From the NCBI GenBank assembly GCA_038245725.1, contig JBBRSD010000004.1, positions 26,591 through 90,590 on the forward strand: a stretch of DNA of 64,000 nucleotides, in the 5' to 3' direction. The notes under the pieces were generated by a model. The model made no database searches and was not told the DNA's origin. It saw only the letters and a program-made list of their open reading frames with translations. The position numbers and the translations under genes are program-made. The stretch comes from Coriobacteriia bacterium (GTDB lineage: Bacteria > Actinomycetota > Coriobacteriia > Anaerosomatales > JAAXUF01). Below are positions 19,913 through 29,867 of the stretch, piece by piece (the stretch's first letter is position 1; each line of letters opens with the position of its first letter).

Positions 19913-21390
19913 CGTCATCTGCAGGTGACAGAGTGTTTCCTGGACAATGGCTGACGGGCATCGTGCTTGGCGTGCTGGCCGCGTTGCTTGGGCTGGGCGT
20001 CGGGCTGGGCCAATGGACCCTCGTCGGGGGGGTTCTGGCAATCATCGTGGCCGCTTGGTCGTGGTCTGACCCGCCCGCTGCGGTCTGCGTCGCACTAACG
20101 GTATCCATCACGCGTGGGCTGCTGATAGACGGGTGGCTTGTGCCGAGGCCCTTCGCGCTGGTGGCCGATCTGATCGTTGTTGCTCTCGTCGTAAAGCTCC
20201 TGGTGGCAGTCGTTCGAAATCGAGAACACGTGAGCGCCGCTACCAGGGGCGTGCTCTTTGGCACCGTGTCGTTCGCCTTGGTCGCGTGCGCGTCGGCCAT
20301 CGTCAACCTTACGCCGCTCGTTGACCTCATCGGTGCGACCAGAGCGTTGGTGTTCGGCCCGCTTGTGTTCCTTGTCATCGGCTCATCGTTCCTGCGAGGT
20401 GCTTCCAAGGCGATTGGTACTCTTATCCGTTCAGGGCTGTGGGCGCAGGCGATTCTTGCCTCGTGGCAGTTCGTCAACGTCATTGGCACAGGGAACGCCG
20501 ATGCGGTCGTCGGGTCGCTTGGGCCGGGTGCAGCTAACGTGCTCGGGATGCTCGCGCTCGTGGGCATATGCTTCCTGCTCACGAGGCCCGCGGGCCTCCA
20601 GAGACGTGGTGACCGTGCACTTGCTGCGGCCTTAGGAGTACCCCTCGTCGCGAGCGCCTCGCGATTCGCGCTGTTCTTGCTTGTGCTGATCGGCATCGTG
20701 TACTTGCTTTTGGGCACGCGGTTCCGGGGGCGCCTCGTGGGGGCTGTCGCTTCGACCGTGGCCCTGGTGGGAGGACTACTCGGCTACTACTCTCTTTCAG
20801 GCCGTCGGGCATCGGTGGACTTCAACCCAGCGACCATAGTTGGCGGCCTCGTTTCGGTGCAGCAAGGCAGTGTTCCGAGGCTCGCGTACTTCGCGTTCAT
20901 CGCTCCGGTGCTGGTCAAGCACCCCTTCGGTGTGTGGTTTGGACTGGGGCCGGGCCAGTACGCCAGCGGATACGGCATCGCTCGCAGCGCACCCGCCGCA
21001 GTAGACCTGACCACGCAGCTGCGCTTGGCGGCTACTGGTCTGTCCGCCAGCGGCTACTTGTACAAAAACGGCGATGTACCCGTGACCTCACAGCTGGCGT
21101 CGACGTGGAGCGAGTACGGCATTTTGGGCGTTGCCGCGTACGCATCGATATTCGTCGCGCTACTCGCCGAGGGTCTGCGGCGGCTGCGCGAACAGCGCGG
21201 CTATAGTGGGTTCCTCGTCATCTTCGCCTTCCTTATGCTGGTTTCGGCGCCATGGGGCAACGTATGGGAGCTTCAAGGCTTTGGTGCGCTCGTCTGGGGT
21301 ATGGCCGCGCTGGACGTGCTTGACTATCCGACCGGGACCAATGATGCTGCTGCGACCGATGATCCATCGAAGGGCGTCTCGCGCCAGTGA
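19909..21390 (+). CDS. Putative polysaccharide polymerase (Wzy / O-antigen ligase-like)
   Basis: Multi-TM with a large loop, WFGLGPG and EYGILG. ATG overlaps the wzx stop. Confidence 0.7.
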   Translation: MTSSAGDRVFPGQWLTGIVLGVLAALLGLGVGLGQWTLVGGVLAIIVAAWSWSDPPAAVCVALTVSITRGLLIDGWLVPRPFALVADLIVVALVVKLLVAVVRNREHVSAATRGVLFGTVSFALVACASAIVNLTPLVDLIGATRALVFGPLVFLVIGSSFLRGASKAIGTLIRSGLWAQAILASWQFVNVIGTGNADAVVGSLGPGAANVLGMLALVGICFLLTRPAGLQRRGDRALAAALGVPLVASASRFALFLLVLIGIVYLLLGTRFRGRLVGAVASTVALVGGLLGYYSLSGRRASVDFNPATIVGGLVSVQQGSVPRLAYFAFIAPVLVKHPFGVWFGLGPGQYASGYGIARSAPAAVDLTTQLRLAATGLSASGYLYKNGDVPVTSQLASTWSEYGILGVAAYASIFVALLAEGLRRLREQRGYSGFLVIFAFLMLVSAPWGNVWELQGFGALVWGMAALDVLDYPTGTNDAAATDDPSKGVSRQ

Positions 21391-22580
21391 CTGAGCTCAG
21401 ATCTCTCGACGCATGCGTCATTGTGGGCAGCACGAGGCGCTCGGCTTGGCGGAAGAACTGGCAGCGGCACCAAGAGCTGGTCTCCCGACTTTCCTCCCAC
21501 ATTCCCGCTCTCTACATTGAGCTCGGAGTCACGAGGAATCATTCCCTCCCTGAGATCGCGGCAAAGATCGCGGGCCGAGGGACTGGAGGCGCGCAACTCG
21601 AAGGAGCTTGGGCGTCTGACGGCATCTCGTGTCTGGAGTTCGTGCACATGCCAGGCGTCCCCGTTCGTGACGCGTGGCCGTTTCGATCTCTGAATGCAGC
21701 GCTTTTGTCTCGAGATGTGACGAGGTGGCTGTCACGCAAGGGCGTTGCGGTCGAGCGAACACTCATATGGGTCGGCGTCCCCACTGATTACGCGCTTGAT
21801 CTCGCCGTTGCGGCAAGGGATGCCTTCGTCGTGTACGACGTTGCACAGCTCTACTCACAGTCGGTACATATGTCGCCACATGTTGTCGGGATCGAGGAGC
21901 GCTTGATCGCGCGTGCCGACCTCGTGGTGTGCGATAGTCCGTGCCTGGCGAAGAGACTTGGGGCACCCGGCGACAAGACGGTGGTGATACCCCAAGGGGT
22001 CAGCGCCGATCTCCTCCGCCGCCCAAAGATTCGGCGGCGCGAGAACACTGTTGGATACCTGGGTTCAGACAATCAGGCATTCGATGCGCAACTGTTGAAC
22101 ACTCTCGCTACGTCATTGCCGGACGTGAGCGTCGAGGTTGTCGGGGCGTTCAGTAATCAAACGTGGCCGAGGAACGTTCGGATGCTGGGGCCGCTGGATC
22201 ATGATCGAGCGATAGCGGCCGTCGAGCAGTGGTCGGTCGGGCTGGTTCCATACATGGTGAACGACTTCACGTCATGCGTGCTCCCCACGAAGGTCCTTGA
22301 GTATCTGGCCGCGGGTCTTCAAGTCGTGGCGACTCGATCGGCCGCACTGGAGTCCGTAGACTATCCCTGCGTCAGAATGGCTGCCTCGAACCGCTCGTTC
22401 GTCAACCACGTCGAGCTTGCGCTCGCGGTCGAGCCGTCATGCCAAGTCGACCCGGCTTGGCTGGTGTTGCAAACGTGGGATCAGAGGTTCAGTGACCTCG
22501 AACGAGCCCTCGCCGAGAAGTCCGTCTCTTTGGGCGGCCCACCGTTTCTGGTAGAGGTCGGACGGGAGGGAAGAGGATGA
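21387..22580 (+). CDS. Glycosyltransferase, GT-B/GT4 (TuaH-like)
   Basis: RHQEL, VYD, ADLVVC, PTKVLEYLAAGLQVV. Confidence 0.85.
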   Translation: MTELRSLDACVIVGSTRRSAWRKNWQRHQELVSRLSSHIPALYIELGVTRNHSLPEIAAKIAGRGTGGAQLEGAWASDGISCLEFVHMPGVPVRDAWPFRSLNAALLSRDVTRWLSRKGVAVERTLIWVGVPTDYALDLAVAARDAFVVYDVAQLYSQSVHMSPHVVGIEERLIARADLVVCDSPCLAKRLGAPGDKTVVIPQGVSADLLRRPKIRRRENTVGYLGSDNQAFDAQLLNTLATSLPDVSVEVVGAFSNQTWPRNVRMLGPLDHDRAIAAVEQWSVGLVPYMVNDFTSCVLPTKVLEYLAAGLQVVATRSAALESVDYPCVRMAASNRSFVNHVELALAVEPSCQVDPAWLVLQTWDQRFSDLERALAEKSVSLGGPPFLVEVGREGRG

Positions 22581-23743
22581 TCGAACAACCAGTCGCGTGC
22601 CATTTCATGCGGCGGTACGCAACTCCCACGGAGACCTTCATCGTCAATCAGATCGCGGCTACTGGTCGTTACCTCGCGTCAGTCATGTGTCGAAATGTCA
22701 CTGGGTATGCCCCGATTTCAACAGTGCCCGCCGCCCCCCCTCAGACGTTCTCCTACCTTACGGGAGCTGGCGCCACCGTACTCGAGGGCATGGCCTACCG
22801 CTACGCACGCATGGCAAGCCCCGCCGAGAAGACGTTCTACGTCGACGCTCTCGCCAGAATCGATCCACAGGTGGTTCACGCGCACTACGGGACGGATGCG
22901 GCGTACCTGGTCAGAACTGGATGCGTGAAGAGCCGAACGATTGTGGTGTCGTGGTACGGGTACGACGTCTCGAGATTCCCGTCTTCACATCTCGGACTTG
23001 GCTCTCGCTATTTCAATCCGTTGTGGGAGGCGTCAGCGTGGCACCTCGCCATGACACCGGCGATGGTGCAGGCCCTGACGAATCTGGGAGCTCCGCCCGA
23101 GCGGATCATCCTTCACCATCACGGTATCGATGTCGACGCATGGTCGACGCCGGTTTACTCCGGTGAACGAGTTCCGGGACGGCTGCTCATGGTCGCGTCG
23201 ATGGTCGAGAAGAAGGGGCATCGTACGCTGCTGCACGCCCTCGCCGAATTGCGCGATCGACACGTCCAATTCCAGTTGCGCCTGGCGGGAGACGGGTCCT
23301 TGAGGAGGGAGCTCGAGGTCCTTGCTCGGGAACTCGGCATCGAAGCACACGTCGAGTTCCTCGGGCACCTGGACCATTCGATGGCCTTGAAGGCCGAATA
23401 CGCCATGGCATGTGCTTTCGTCCACCCCTCGCAAGAAGCTCCGAATGGTGATGCTGAGGGTCTGCCGGGCACCATACTCGAAGCGATGGCCTCCGGTCTG
23501 CCCGTCATATCGACGCATCACGCGGGGATTCCGTTCGCAGTTCGAGATCGCCTGAACGGGCTGCTAGTTCCTGAGAGAGACAGCTCGGCACTGGCTAGGG
23601 CGATTGAGAGCGTGCTGATGAGTCCAAACGACGCTTCCGTCATGGGCCTAGAGGGCCGAGCGATCGTCGAACGAGAATTCAACCTCAAGAAGCAGGTCGA
23701 GAAGCTCGAGCTAATCTACGATCGAGCCGCCGTAGGGGAGTAG
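22577..23743 (+). CDS. Glycosyltransferase family 4 (WcaL-like)
   Basis: TETFIVNQI, HAHYG, VEKKG, GDAEGLP...EAMASGLPV, HAGIP. Confidence 0.9.
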   Translation: MIEQPVACHFMRRYATPTETFIVNQIAATGRYLASVMCRNVTGYAPISTVPAAPPQTFSYLTGAGATVLEGMAYRYARMASPAEKTFYVDALARIDPQVVHAHYGTDAAYLVRTGCVKSRTIVVSWYGYDVSRFPSSHLGLGSRYFNPLWEASAWHLAMTPAMVQALTNLGAPPERIILHHHGIDVDAWSTPVYSGERVPGRLLMVASMVEKKGHRTLLHALAELRDRHVQFQLRLAGDGSLRRELEVLARELGIEAHVEFLGHLDHSMALKAEYAMACAFVHPSQEAPNGDAEGLPGTILEAMASGLPVISTHHAGIPFAVRDRLNGLLVPERDSSALARAIESVLMSPNDASVMGLEGRAIVEREFNLKKQVEKLELIYDRAAVGE

Positions 23744-23785
23744 GAGAGCTCCGTTCACGGGGCCGCACTTGTAGAGCATCTTGCG

Positions 23786-24565
23786 ATGGAAAGGGCTTGC
23801 ATGTCTGTGGATACAGTGAGAAGCCGCAGTAGGCTGTTCGGTATTGAGCTGGATTGCCTGACTCAGGACCAGACGGTTGCGCGCTGCGAGTCGTTGATCC
23901 GCGAATGTCGCCCGGTCCAGCACGTCGTGCTGAATGCCTCGAAGGTCGTCCTCATGGAGGACGACGAGGAGCTCCGAGGTATCGTCCAGCGGTGCGACGT
24001 GGTCAACGCGGACGGCCAATCGATACTCTGGGCAGGTCGGCTTCTCGGCGTATCGATACCTGAGCGAGTGACCGGCATCGATCTGATGCCGCGACTCCTC
24101 GACGTTGCGGAGAGCAACAGATGGGGCGTGTATTTCCTCGGTGCGCGAGAAGAGGTGCTGGACACGTTTCTGGAAGTGGTGAAAGCAAGATGGCCGCTCC
24201 TCGTTGTAGCTGGTTACCATTCCGGATACTTCGAGGACGAGCTGTCAATCGTGGGTGACATACGTGCGTCGGGCGCGCGATTGCTCATGGTCGGCATGCC
24301 TAGCCCGGCAAAAGAGCGGTTTCTGGCGCGCAACCTTCAGCAGATCGGTCCGGTCTTCGCAATCGGTGTCGGGGGTTCGTTCGATGTCTACGCGGGACTC
24401 ACGACGCGGGCCCCAGCGTGGATGAGACGAATCGGGTTGGAGTGGTTCTTTCGCTTCGCGCAGGAGCCGCTTCGGCTCTGGCGCAGGTACCTCATCGGCA
24501 ACGCACGGTTCATACGGATCGTAGCCAGAGACGCGACCCGGCGTCGGCATTCGACCTCGCGCTAA
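23786..24565 (+). CDS. WecB/TagA/CpsF family glycosyltransferase (ManNAc-type transferase)
   Basis: NADG, ERVTGIDL, GVGGSFD, RAP.W...GLEW..R..QEP.RL.RRY. Confidence 0.93.
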   Translation: MERACMSVDTVRSRSRLFGIELDCLTQDQTVARCESLIRECRPVQHVVLNASKVVLMEDDEELRGIVQRCDVVNADGQSILWAGRLLGVSIPERVTGIDLMPRLLDVAESNRWGVYFLGAREEVLDTFLEVVKARWPLLVVAGYHSGYFEDELSIVGDIRASGARLLMVGMPSPAKERFLARNLQQIGPVFAIGVGGSFDVYAGLTTRAPAWMRRIGLEWFFRFAQEPLRLWRRYLIGNARFIRIVARDATRRRHSTSR

Positions 24566-24696
24566 TTCCGACCGCGTTGCTTCCTCGTCGGACAAGTCGT
24601 GCGACGTTGACGTCCTCCAACGTCTACCGTGCGCAAATCCACGTTATCGCGGGTAAGAACCCAACAGGGGAATCGTTCTCTCGGGGGAGGTTGCGA

Positions 24697-25788
24697 GTGC
24701 GCCTGGTGGTCGCCATCGGTGCACGGCCGAACGTGGTTAAGGTAGCGCCCCTTCTGCCCGAGTTCGATCGGGTGGGCATTCAAACCGACCTCGTCTTTAC
24801 CGGATCGCGCGCCTCGTCTCGCTCAGACGACGCGGGCGGCGCACTGTCGTTCTACGGCGCCGAGCTGCCTACGCCGCGCTGGTTCCTTGACGTAGGAGCA
24901 GGCACGAACACCCTGACCACAGGCCGTGCGTGTGCCGCGTTCGAGGAGCTCTTCGACGCCGAGAGACCCGACGCCGTGATGGTCGTTGGGGATGTGAACG
25001 CCACGCTCGCGGCGGCCGCGGCCGCTGCAAAGGCCCGGTTGCCAATCGTCCATCTCGAAGCCGGCACGCGCTGTGCGGACATGTGCGTCCCCGAGGAGGT
25101 CAACCGAGTGTTGATCTCGCGAGTGGCCGCGATGCATCTCACTCCCTCTGAAGGCGCCTTGGAGAATCTGGAGGACGAGGGTATCGAGCCCGAGCGGATT
25201 CATTTCGTTGGGAGTTCTGTGGCAGAGGCGGTCATCTGCACGATGGACGCCAACCCTGGGCTTCACGCGTACGCCGACTACGATCTGGTCCACCGCGGGT
25301 ACGTCCTCGGCTCCTTCCACAGGAGAGACAACTTGGGGGACCGCGGTCGTCTCGGCGGATTGATCGCGGGCCTGGGAAGGTCTCCGCTTCCGGTCCTGAT
25401 TCCCGACACCGAGGGCCTGCGCATGGCGCTGGACGATCTGGACATCGGCCTTCCCGCGGCGATCCGCATCATAGACGCGGTGCCCTACCGTATGATGCTG
25501 GCATTGCAAAAGGATGCGGCGGCAATCATCACCGACTCGAGCGGTATTCAGGTTGAAGCGTGCATGATTGGTACGCAGTGTGTAACGGTTCGATGCTGCA
25601 CCGAGCACGTGACAACCCTCTCCCCCGACGCAAACAGTCTGGTGGAGCCGCAGTCCGAGGCGATTCGCACGGCGCTGGTGGCTGCGGTCTCGCGCCGCAA
25701 GACGTGGGTCGCGCCAAAGCGCTGGGACAGGGCTGTTTCGGACTGGGTTGCTCGGGCGCTCAAGCGTGGGATCATTCCGCTGAGATAG
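24697..25788 (+). CDS. UDP-N-acetylglucosamine 2-epimerase paralog, divergent
   Basis: GARPN, GDVN, HLEAG, PEEVNR, TDSSGIQ. GTG start after GGGAGG. Confidence 0.85.
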   Translation: MRLVVAIGARPNVVKVAPLLPEFDRVGIQTDLVFTGSRASSRSDDAGGALSFYGAELPTPRWFLDVGAGTNTLTTGRACAAFEELFDAERPDAVMVVGDVNATLAAAAAAAKARLPIVHLEAGTRCADMCVPEEVNRVLISRVAAMHLTPSEGALENLEDEGIEPERIHFVGSSVAEAVICTMDANPGLHAYADYDLVHRGYVLGSFHRRDNLGDRGRLGGLIAGLGRSPLPVLIPDTEGLRMALDDLDIGLPAAIRIIDAVPYRMMLALQKDAAAIITDSSGIQVEACMIGTQCVTVRCCTEHVTTLSPDANSLVEPQSEAIRTALVAAVSRRKTWVAPKRWDRAVSDWVARALKRGIIPLR

Positions 25789-25937
25789 CGCAGGGTTGCC
25801 GCGTATCGCCGCCGGCAGGCAGAGACGATTCGGCGAGCGTAATTCGGCGACAACCCGTAGAATGTCAGCCGTCGGTGGCAGACTCGATTCTGCGAGCGGC
25901 ATCCGAACTTCTCGACCTGCGAAAGGGGACTGCGAAT

Positions 25938-27392
25938 ATGCCTGCCGAGGGTTTCTCGACGCGCGGTCGGCGTCGGATCACCCTGCAGTCGGTCCTCCTG
26001 GCGTCAGATCTCCTTATGGTCGGGCTGGGCACGATGGCGTCGTCGCTCATCCGGTTCCACCGTCTCCGTCACATCGCGGCGATCCCGGGCAGCGGCCTGA
26101 ATGTCCAGTTTGCGGACTTATCGCTCGTCATCGGCGTGATCTGGATCGCATCGCTGTGGTTCGAGGGACTCTACGACATCGAACGTGTCTTCTGGGGTAC
26201 GGGCGAATACAGCCGCGTGGCCCGTGCTCTCTCCTTTGGCGTGGTCGTCTTCATCATGGCTACCTATGTCCTCAAGCTGAACGACATCTCTCGCGGATGG
26301 GTCATTTTCGCCTGGGCGCTCGCAATCTTATTCGTGGTGATCGGAAGAACCCTCGTGCGTACCGCACTCGTGAATGCGCATCGCAGAGGCCACCTGCTCC
26401 GACCAACCCTCGTCGTGGGATACAACGAGGAGGCAGCCGCCCTCATTCGCCGGCTTCGCTCCGACACGTCGTCGGGGCTAGACCCCATCGCGTGTCTGGC
26501 GAGTTCACGTCAGGATCAACTCGGGTTGCACTACTGCACCCCGGGCGTGGAATGCCTCGGCGCGGCCGGCGACATCAAGGCCGTCCTCGACGACCATGTC
26601 TTCGACACGGTCGTTATCGCCTCGACCGCTTTCGACCCCGACGTGCTCTCGCGGATCATCACCGACCTGCGCGGCCGCGACATTGAGATCGGACTCTCGT
26701 CGGGCCTACTCGACGTGACGACTTCGAGAGTACTCATCCGCGAGATCTCCGGCGTTCCGCTGATCACCGTGCGAGGTGTCTCGTTTTCGAGAGGCAGACA
26801 GTTCGTCAAGAGGACGTTTGACCTGATCGTGGGTGCTCTCTTCATCGTCGTTGGGACGCCCATGTGGATGATCTTGGCGCTCATGATAACGATCGACAGC
26901 CGGGGTCCCGTGTTCTACAGACAGAGGCGGGTCGCGCGCGGGGGTTCCTTCTTCGAGATGTACAAGTTCCGATCGATGAGCGTGGGTGCCGAGCACGTCC
27001 GTCAGCAACTCGAGGCCAGCAATGAGGCGAGCGGCCCTCTCTTCAAGATGCAAGCCGATCCCAGGGTCACTCGAGTGGGAAGATGGATGCGGAAGTTCTC
27101 TATCGACGAGTTCCCGCAGCTCATCAACGTGATGCGCGGAGAGATGTCTCTTGTAGGTCCTCGGCCGCCGCTTCCTCAGGAAACCGTCAACTACTCGGAC
27201 TACCACTGGCGGCGCATGGAGGTGTTGCCCGGCATGACCGGCTTGTGGCAGATCTCCGGACGGAGCGCCCTGACGTTCGACGAGATGATTCGCCTTGATC
27301 TGTTCTACATCGAGAACTGGTCGGTCGGCTTCGACATGGCCGTCATTCTGAGGACTGTACCCGCAGTGCTGTTGGCCAGAGGAGCCGTCTGA
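25938..27392 (+). CDS. Priming polyprenyl glycosylphosphotransferase (WcaJ/CpsE-like)
   Basis: 4 TM plus CoA-binding-like region, KRTFD, KFRSM, DPRVTRVG, DEFPQL.NV..G.MSLVGPRP, PGMTGLWQ. Confidence 0.93.
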   Translation: MPAEGFSTRGRRRITLQSVLLASDLLMVGLGTMASSLIRFHRLRHIAAIPGSGLNVQFADLSLVIGVIWIASLWFEGLYDIERVFWGTGEYSRVARALSFGVVVFIMATYVLKLNDISRGWVIFAWALAILFVVIGRTLVRTALVNAHRRGHLLRPTLVVGYNEEAAALIRRLRSDTSSGLDPIACLASSRQDQLGLHYCTPGVECLGAAGDIKAVLDDHVFDTVVIASTAFDPDVLSRIITDLRGRDIEIGLSSGLLDVTTSRVLIREISGVPLITVRGVSFSRGRQFVKRTFDLIVGALFIVVGTPMWMILALMITIDSRGPVFYRQRRVARGGSFFEMYKFRSMSVGAEHVRQQLEASNEASGPLFKMQADPRVTRVGRWMRKFSIDEFPQLINVMRGEMSLVGPRPPLPQETVNYSDYHWRRMEVLPGMTGLWQISGRSALTFDEMIRLDLFYIENWSVGFDMAVILRTVPAVLLARGAV

Positions 27393-28477
27393 TGCGAATC
27401 ATCGTGGTCGTAGGTGCACGCCCGAACTTCATCAAAATCGGGCCGCTCATGCCAGCGCTTGCCCGGGCGGGAATAGACGCGCCAATCGCCCACACTGGCC
27501 AGCATTACGACACCTCAATGTCAGATGTGTTCTTCTCCGACCTAGACTTGCCCTCACCGACGTGGTTTCTCGGAGTGGGCTCCGGTACCCATGCCGCGCA
27601 GACCGGCCGGGCGATGATCGCGCTCGAAGAGCTGCTCCTCGCCGAGAACCCTGACGCGTTGTTCGTCGTGGGGGACGTGAACTCCACCCTCGCAGGCGCG
27701 CTTGCCGCAAGCAAGATCGGCGTTCCCGTGGTGCACCTCGAAGCTGGCCTTCGAAGCGGAGACATGTCCATGCCCGAGGAGATCAACCGAATCTTGACGG
27801 ACCAGCTGTCTTCTCTCCTGCTGACACCCACGTCGGCGGCGGGGGGGAATCTCGCCGCGGAGGGGATCGACCCGGCGCGGGTGGAATTCGTCGGAAACAT
27901 CATGGCCGAGTCTGTGCTGCGAAACGCGCCTGGCCTTCAGCGGCGTGGCGTGACGGCCCGCATGTCGCTCACGCCACAAGAATACGTGTTGGCCACCGTG
28001 CACCGTCCTGAGAATACAGACAGTCGCGAGAACCTCGCTGAGATAGTGGCTGCATTCTCGGCACTCGATCTGCCCGTTCTCTTTCCGGTACATCCGCGAA
28101 CGCGGCCGCTTCTCACGGCGGCGGGGGTTGGACAGTCAGGCTCGCGTGTGCGCCTCGTAGACCCGGTTGGCTACCTCGACATGCTCGCTCTGCAGCGCGA
28201 GGCCGCAGTCGTCGTCACGGACTCGGGGGGGATTCAGGAAGAGACCTGCATGTTGCACACGCCGTGTGTGACCGTTCGGCGGAACACGGAACGGCAGATC
28301 ACACTGGAGATTGGCTCGAACCGACTTGTGTCGCCGAGACGTGAGGATATCATCGGGGGCGTCGCACGTGCGTTGGCCGCGTCTCGCGAGTGGCCGGTGC
28401 CGGAACGATGGGACGATGCCGTCTCGTCGCGGGTTATTGCCGCTCTCGAACGCGGTGTCTTACCGCTTTCGCGCTGA
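27392..28477 (+). CDS. wecB: UDP-N-acetylglucosamine 2-epimerase (non-hydrolysing)
   Basis: GARPNFIK, HTGQHYD, HLEAGLRS, PEEINR, HRPEN, HPRT, DSGGIQEE, NTER. Confidence 0.95.
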   Translation: MRIIVVVGARPNFIKIGPLMPALARAGIDAPIAHTGQHYDTSMSDVFFSDLDLPSPTWFLGVGSGTHAAQTGRAMIALEELLLAENPDALFVVGDVNSTLAGALAASKIGVPVVHLEAGLRSGDMSMPEEINRILTDQLSSLLLTPTSAAGGNLAAEGIDPARVEFVGNIMAESVLRNAPGLQRRGVTARMSLTPQEYVLATVHRPENTDSRENLAEIVAAFSALDLPVLFPVHPRTRPLLTAAGVGQSGSRVRLVDPVGYLDMLALQREAAVVVTDSGGIQEETCMLHTPCVTVRRNTERQITLEIGSNRLVSPRREDIIGGVARALAASREWPVPERWDDAVSSRVIAALERGVLPLSR

Positions 28478-28543
28478 CGACACTCCCGCAGCGCAAGGCG
28501 CCGCGGCTGGACTGACCGGAAGCCTCGAGCGAAAGGAGCCGAC

Positions 28544-29524
28544 GTGCGCGTTCTTGTGACCGGTGGCGCCGGCTATATCGGGTCTATCACGACGCGAGTC
28601 CTCCTCGACGCCGGGCACGAGTGCGTCGTCCTCGACACGCTTGAGCGCGGGCACCGCGAAGCGGTCGACCCGCGGGCCGAGTTCGTCCGAGGCTCCGTCG
28701 GCGAGGCAATCGTCCTCGCCGAGGTGTTGCCCGGTTGTGACGCCGTCATGCATCTCGCCGGATACATCGAAGTCGCCGAGTCGGTCGCCGAGCCCGAGAA
28801 GTACATGCGTGCCAACGCTATCGAGCCGACGGTCATGCTGGATGCGATGTCGCAGTTCGGGGTGAGCGCGATCGTGTTCTCGTCGACCGCTGCTGTCTAC
28901 GGTGAGCCTGAGTCCGTGCCGATTCTGGAGAGCGCGCCGACACGTCCCGTGAACCCATACGGTGCGAGCAAGCTCGCGTTCGAGGAGATGCTGGAAGTTC
29001 GTCGCATCTCCGAGAACCTGCGTGCGATCAGGTTCCGCTACTTCAACGTGGCTGGAGCATGGCCTGACGGTTCTCTCGGCGAGGCTCATGAGCCCGAAAC
29101 CCATATCATCCCGCGGATACTGCGCTCGCTGCGCGAGGGCCAGGAGCGATTCGAGGTGTTCGGCGGCGACTACGCGACGCCCGACGGCACGTGCGTGCGC
29201 GACTACATCCACGTGCTCGACCTTGCCGACGCACACCGAATCGGCCTCGAGCGACTCGCCCAGGGCGCAGAGGGCGGCGTCTTCAACCTCGGCAACGGGC
29301 AGGGATTCAGCAATCTCCAAGTCGTCGCCACGTGCGGCGACGTCAGCGGCCGAGAAGTCCATGTCGAGATAGGTCCGAGACGGCCGGGCGACCCGGCGGT
29401 TCTCGTCGCCTCCGCAGAGAAGGCCGAGCGAGAGCTCCGGTGGCGGCCTGAGCGAGGTGACCTCGCAGGTATCGTCGGTGACGCATGGCGCTGGCACCTT
29501 GAACACCCGGACGGCTACAGATAG
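28544..29524 (+). CDS. galE: UDP-glucose 4-epimerase
   Basis: GGAGYIGS, FSSTAAVYG, YGASK, RYFNVAG, DGTCVRDYIHV. Confidence 0.95.
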   Translation: MRVLVTGGAGYIGSITTRVLLDAGHECVVLDTLERGHREAVDPRAEFVRGSVGEAIVLAEVLPGCDAVMHLAGYIEVAESVAEPEKYMRANAIEPTVMLDAMSQFGVSAIVFSSTAAVYGEPESVPILESAPTRPVNPYGASKLAFEEMLEVRRISENLRAIRFRYFNVAGAWPDGSLGEAHEPETHIIPRILRSLREGQERFEVFGGDYATPDGTCVRDYIHVLDLADAHRIGLERLAQGAEGGVFNLGNGQGFSNLQVVATCGDVSGREVHVEIGPRRPGDPAVLVASAEKAERELRWRPERGDLAGIVGDAWRWHLEHPDGYR

Positions 29525-29554
29525 AATGCGGGTTCGCCGATTTGGCGCAAGTGC

Positions 29555-29629
29555 GGGCGATTAGCTCAGGGGGAGAGCGCTTCCTTCACACGGAAGAAGT
29601 CGTAGGTTCAAATCCTACATCGCCCACCA
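29555..29629 (+). tRNA. tRNA-Val(CAC)
   Basis: GGGCGATTAGCTCAG...CTTCC-TTCACAC-GGAAG...GGTTCAAATCC...TCGCCCACCA. Confidence 0.96.
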
Positions 29630-29638
29630 GGACCTACT

Positions 29639-29671
29639 GAAAGCCTCGCCCACTTCCGGCGGGGCTTTCTT
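29639..29671 (+). terminator. Intrinsic terminator after tRNA-Val
   Basis: GAAAGCCTCGCC / GGCGGGGCTTTC stem ending in TTTCTT. Confidence 0.75.
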
Positions 29672-29867
29672 ACGTCCCGAACAGGGCTTCGCTCTTCCCG
29701 TCGTCGCATCTCCGGGTTAGGCGGCTTACGCCTTGCGGTCATTCAGACGCGGGCCTACCCCAATCGACACAAGAGCTGCATAATTACCTGCGCAGGCGCC
29801 GTCGTGCTGCGCGCCACAATTGCCGGTAAGAACGACAGTGTGAGTCGAGAGATGGGGGTACACCGGC

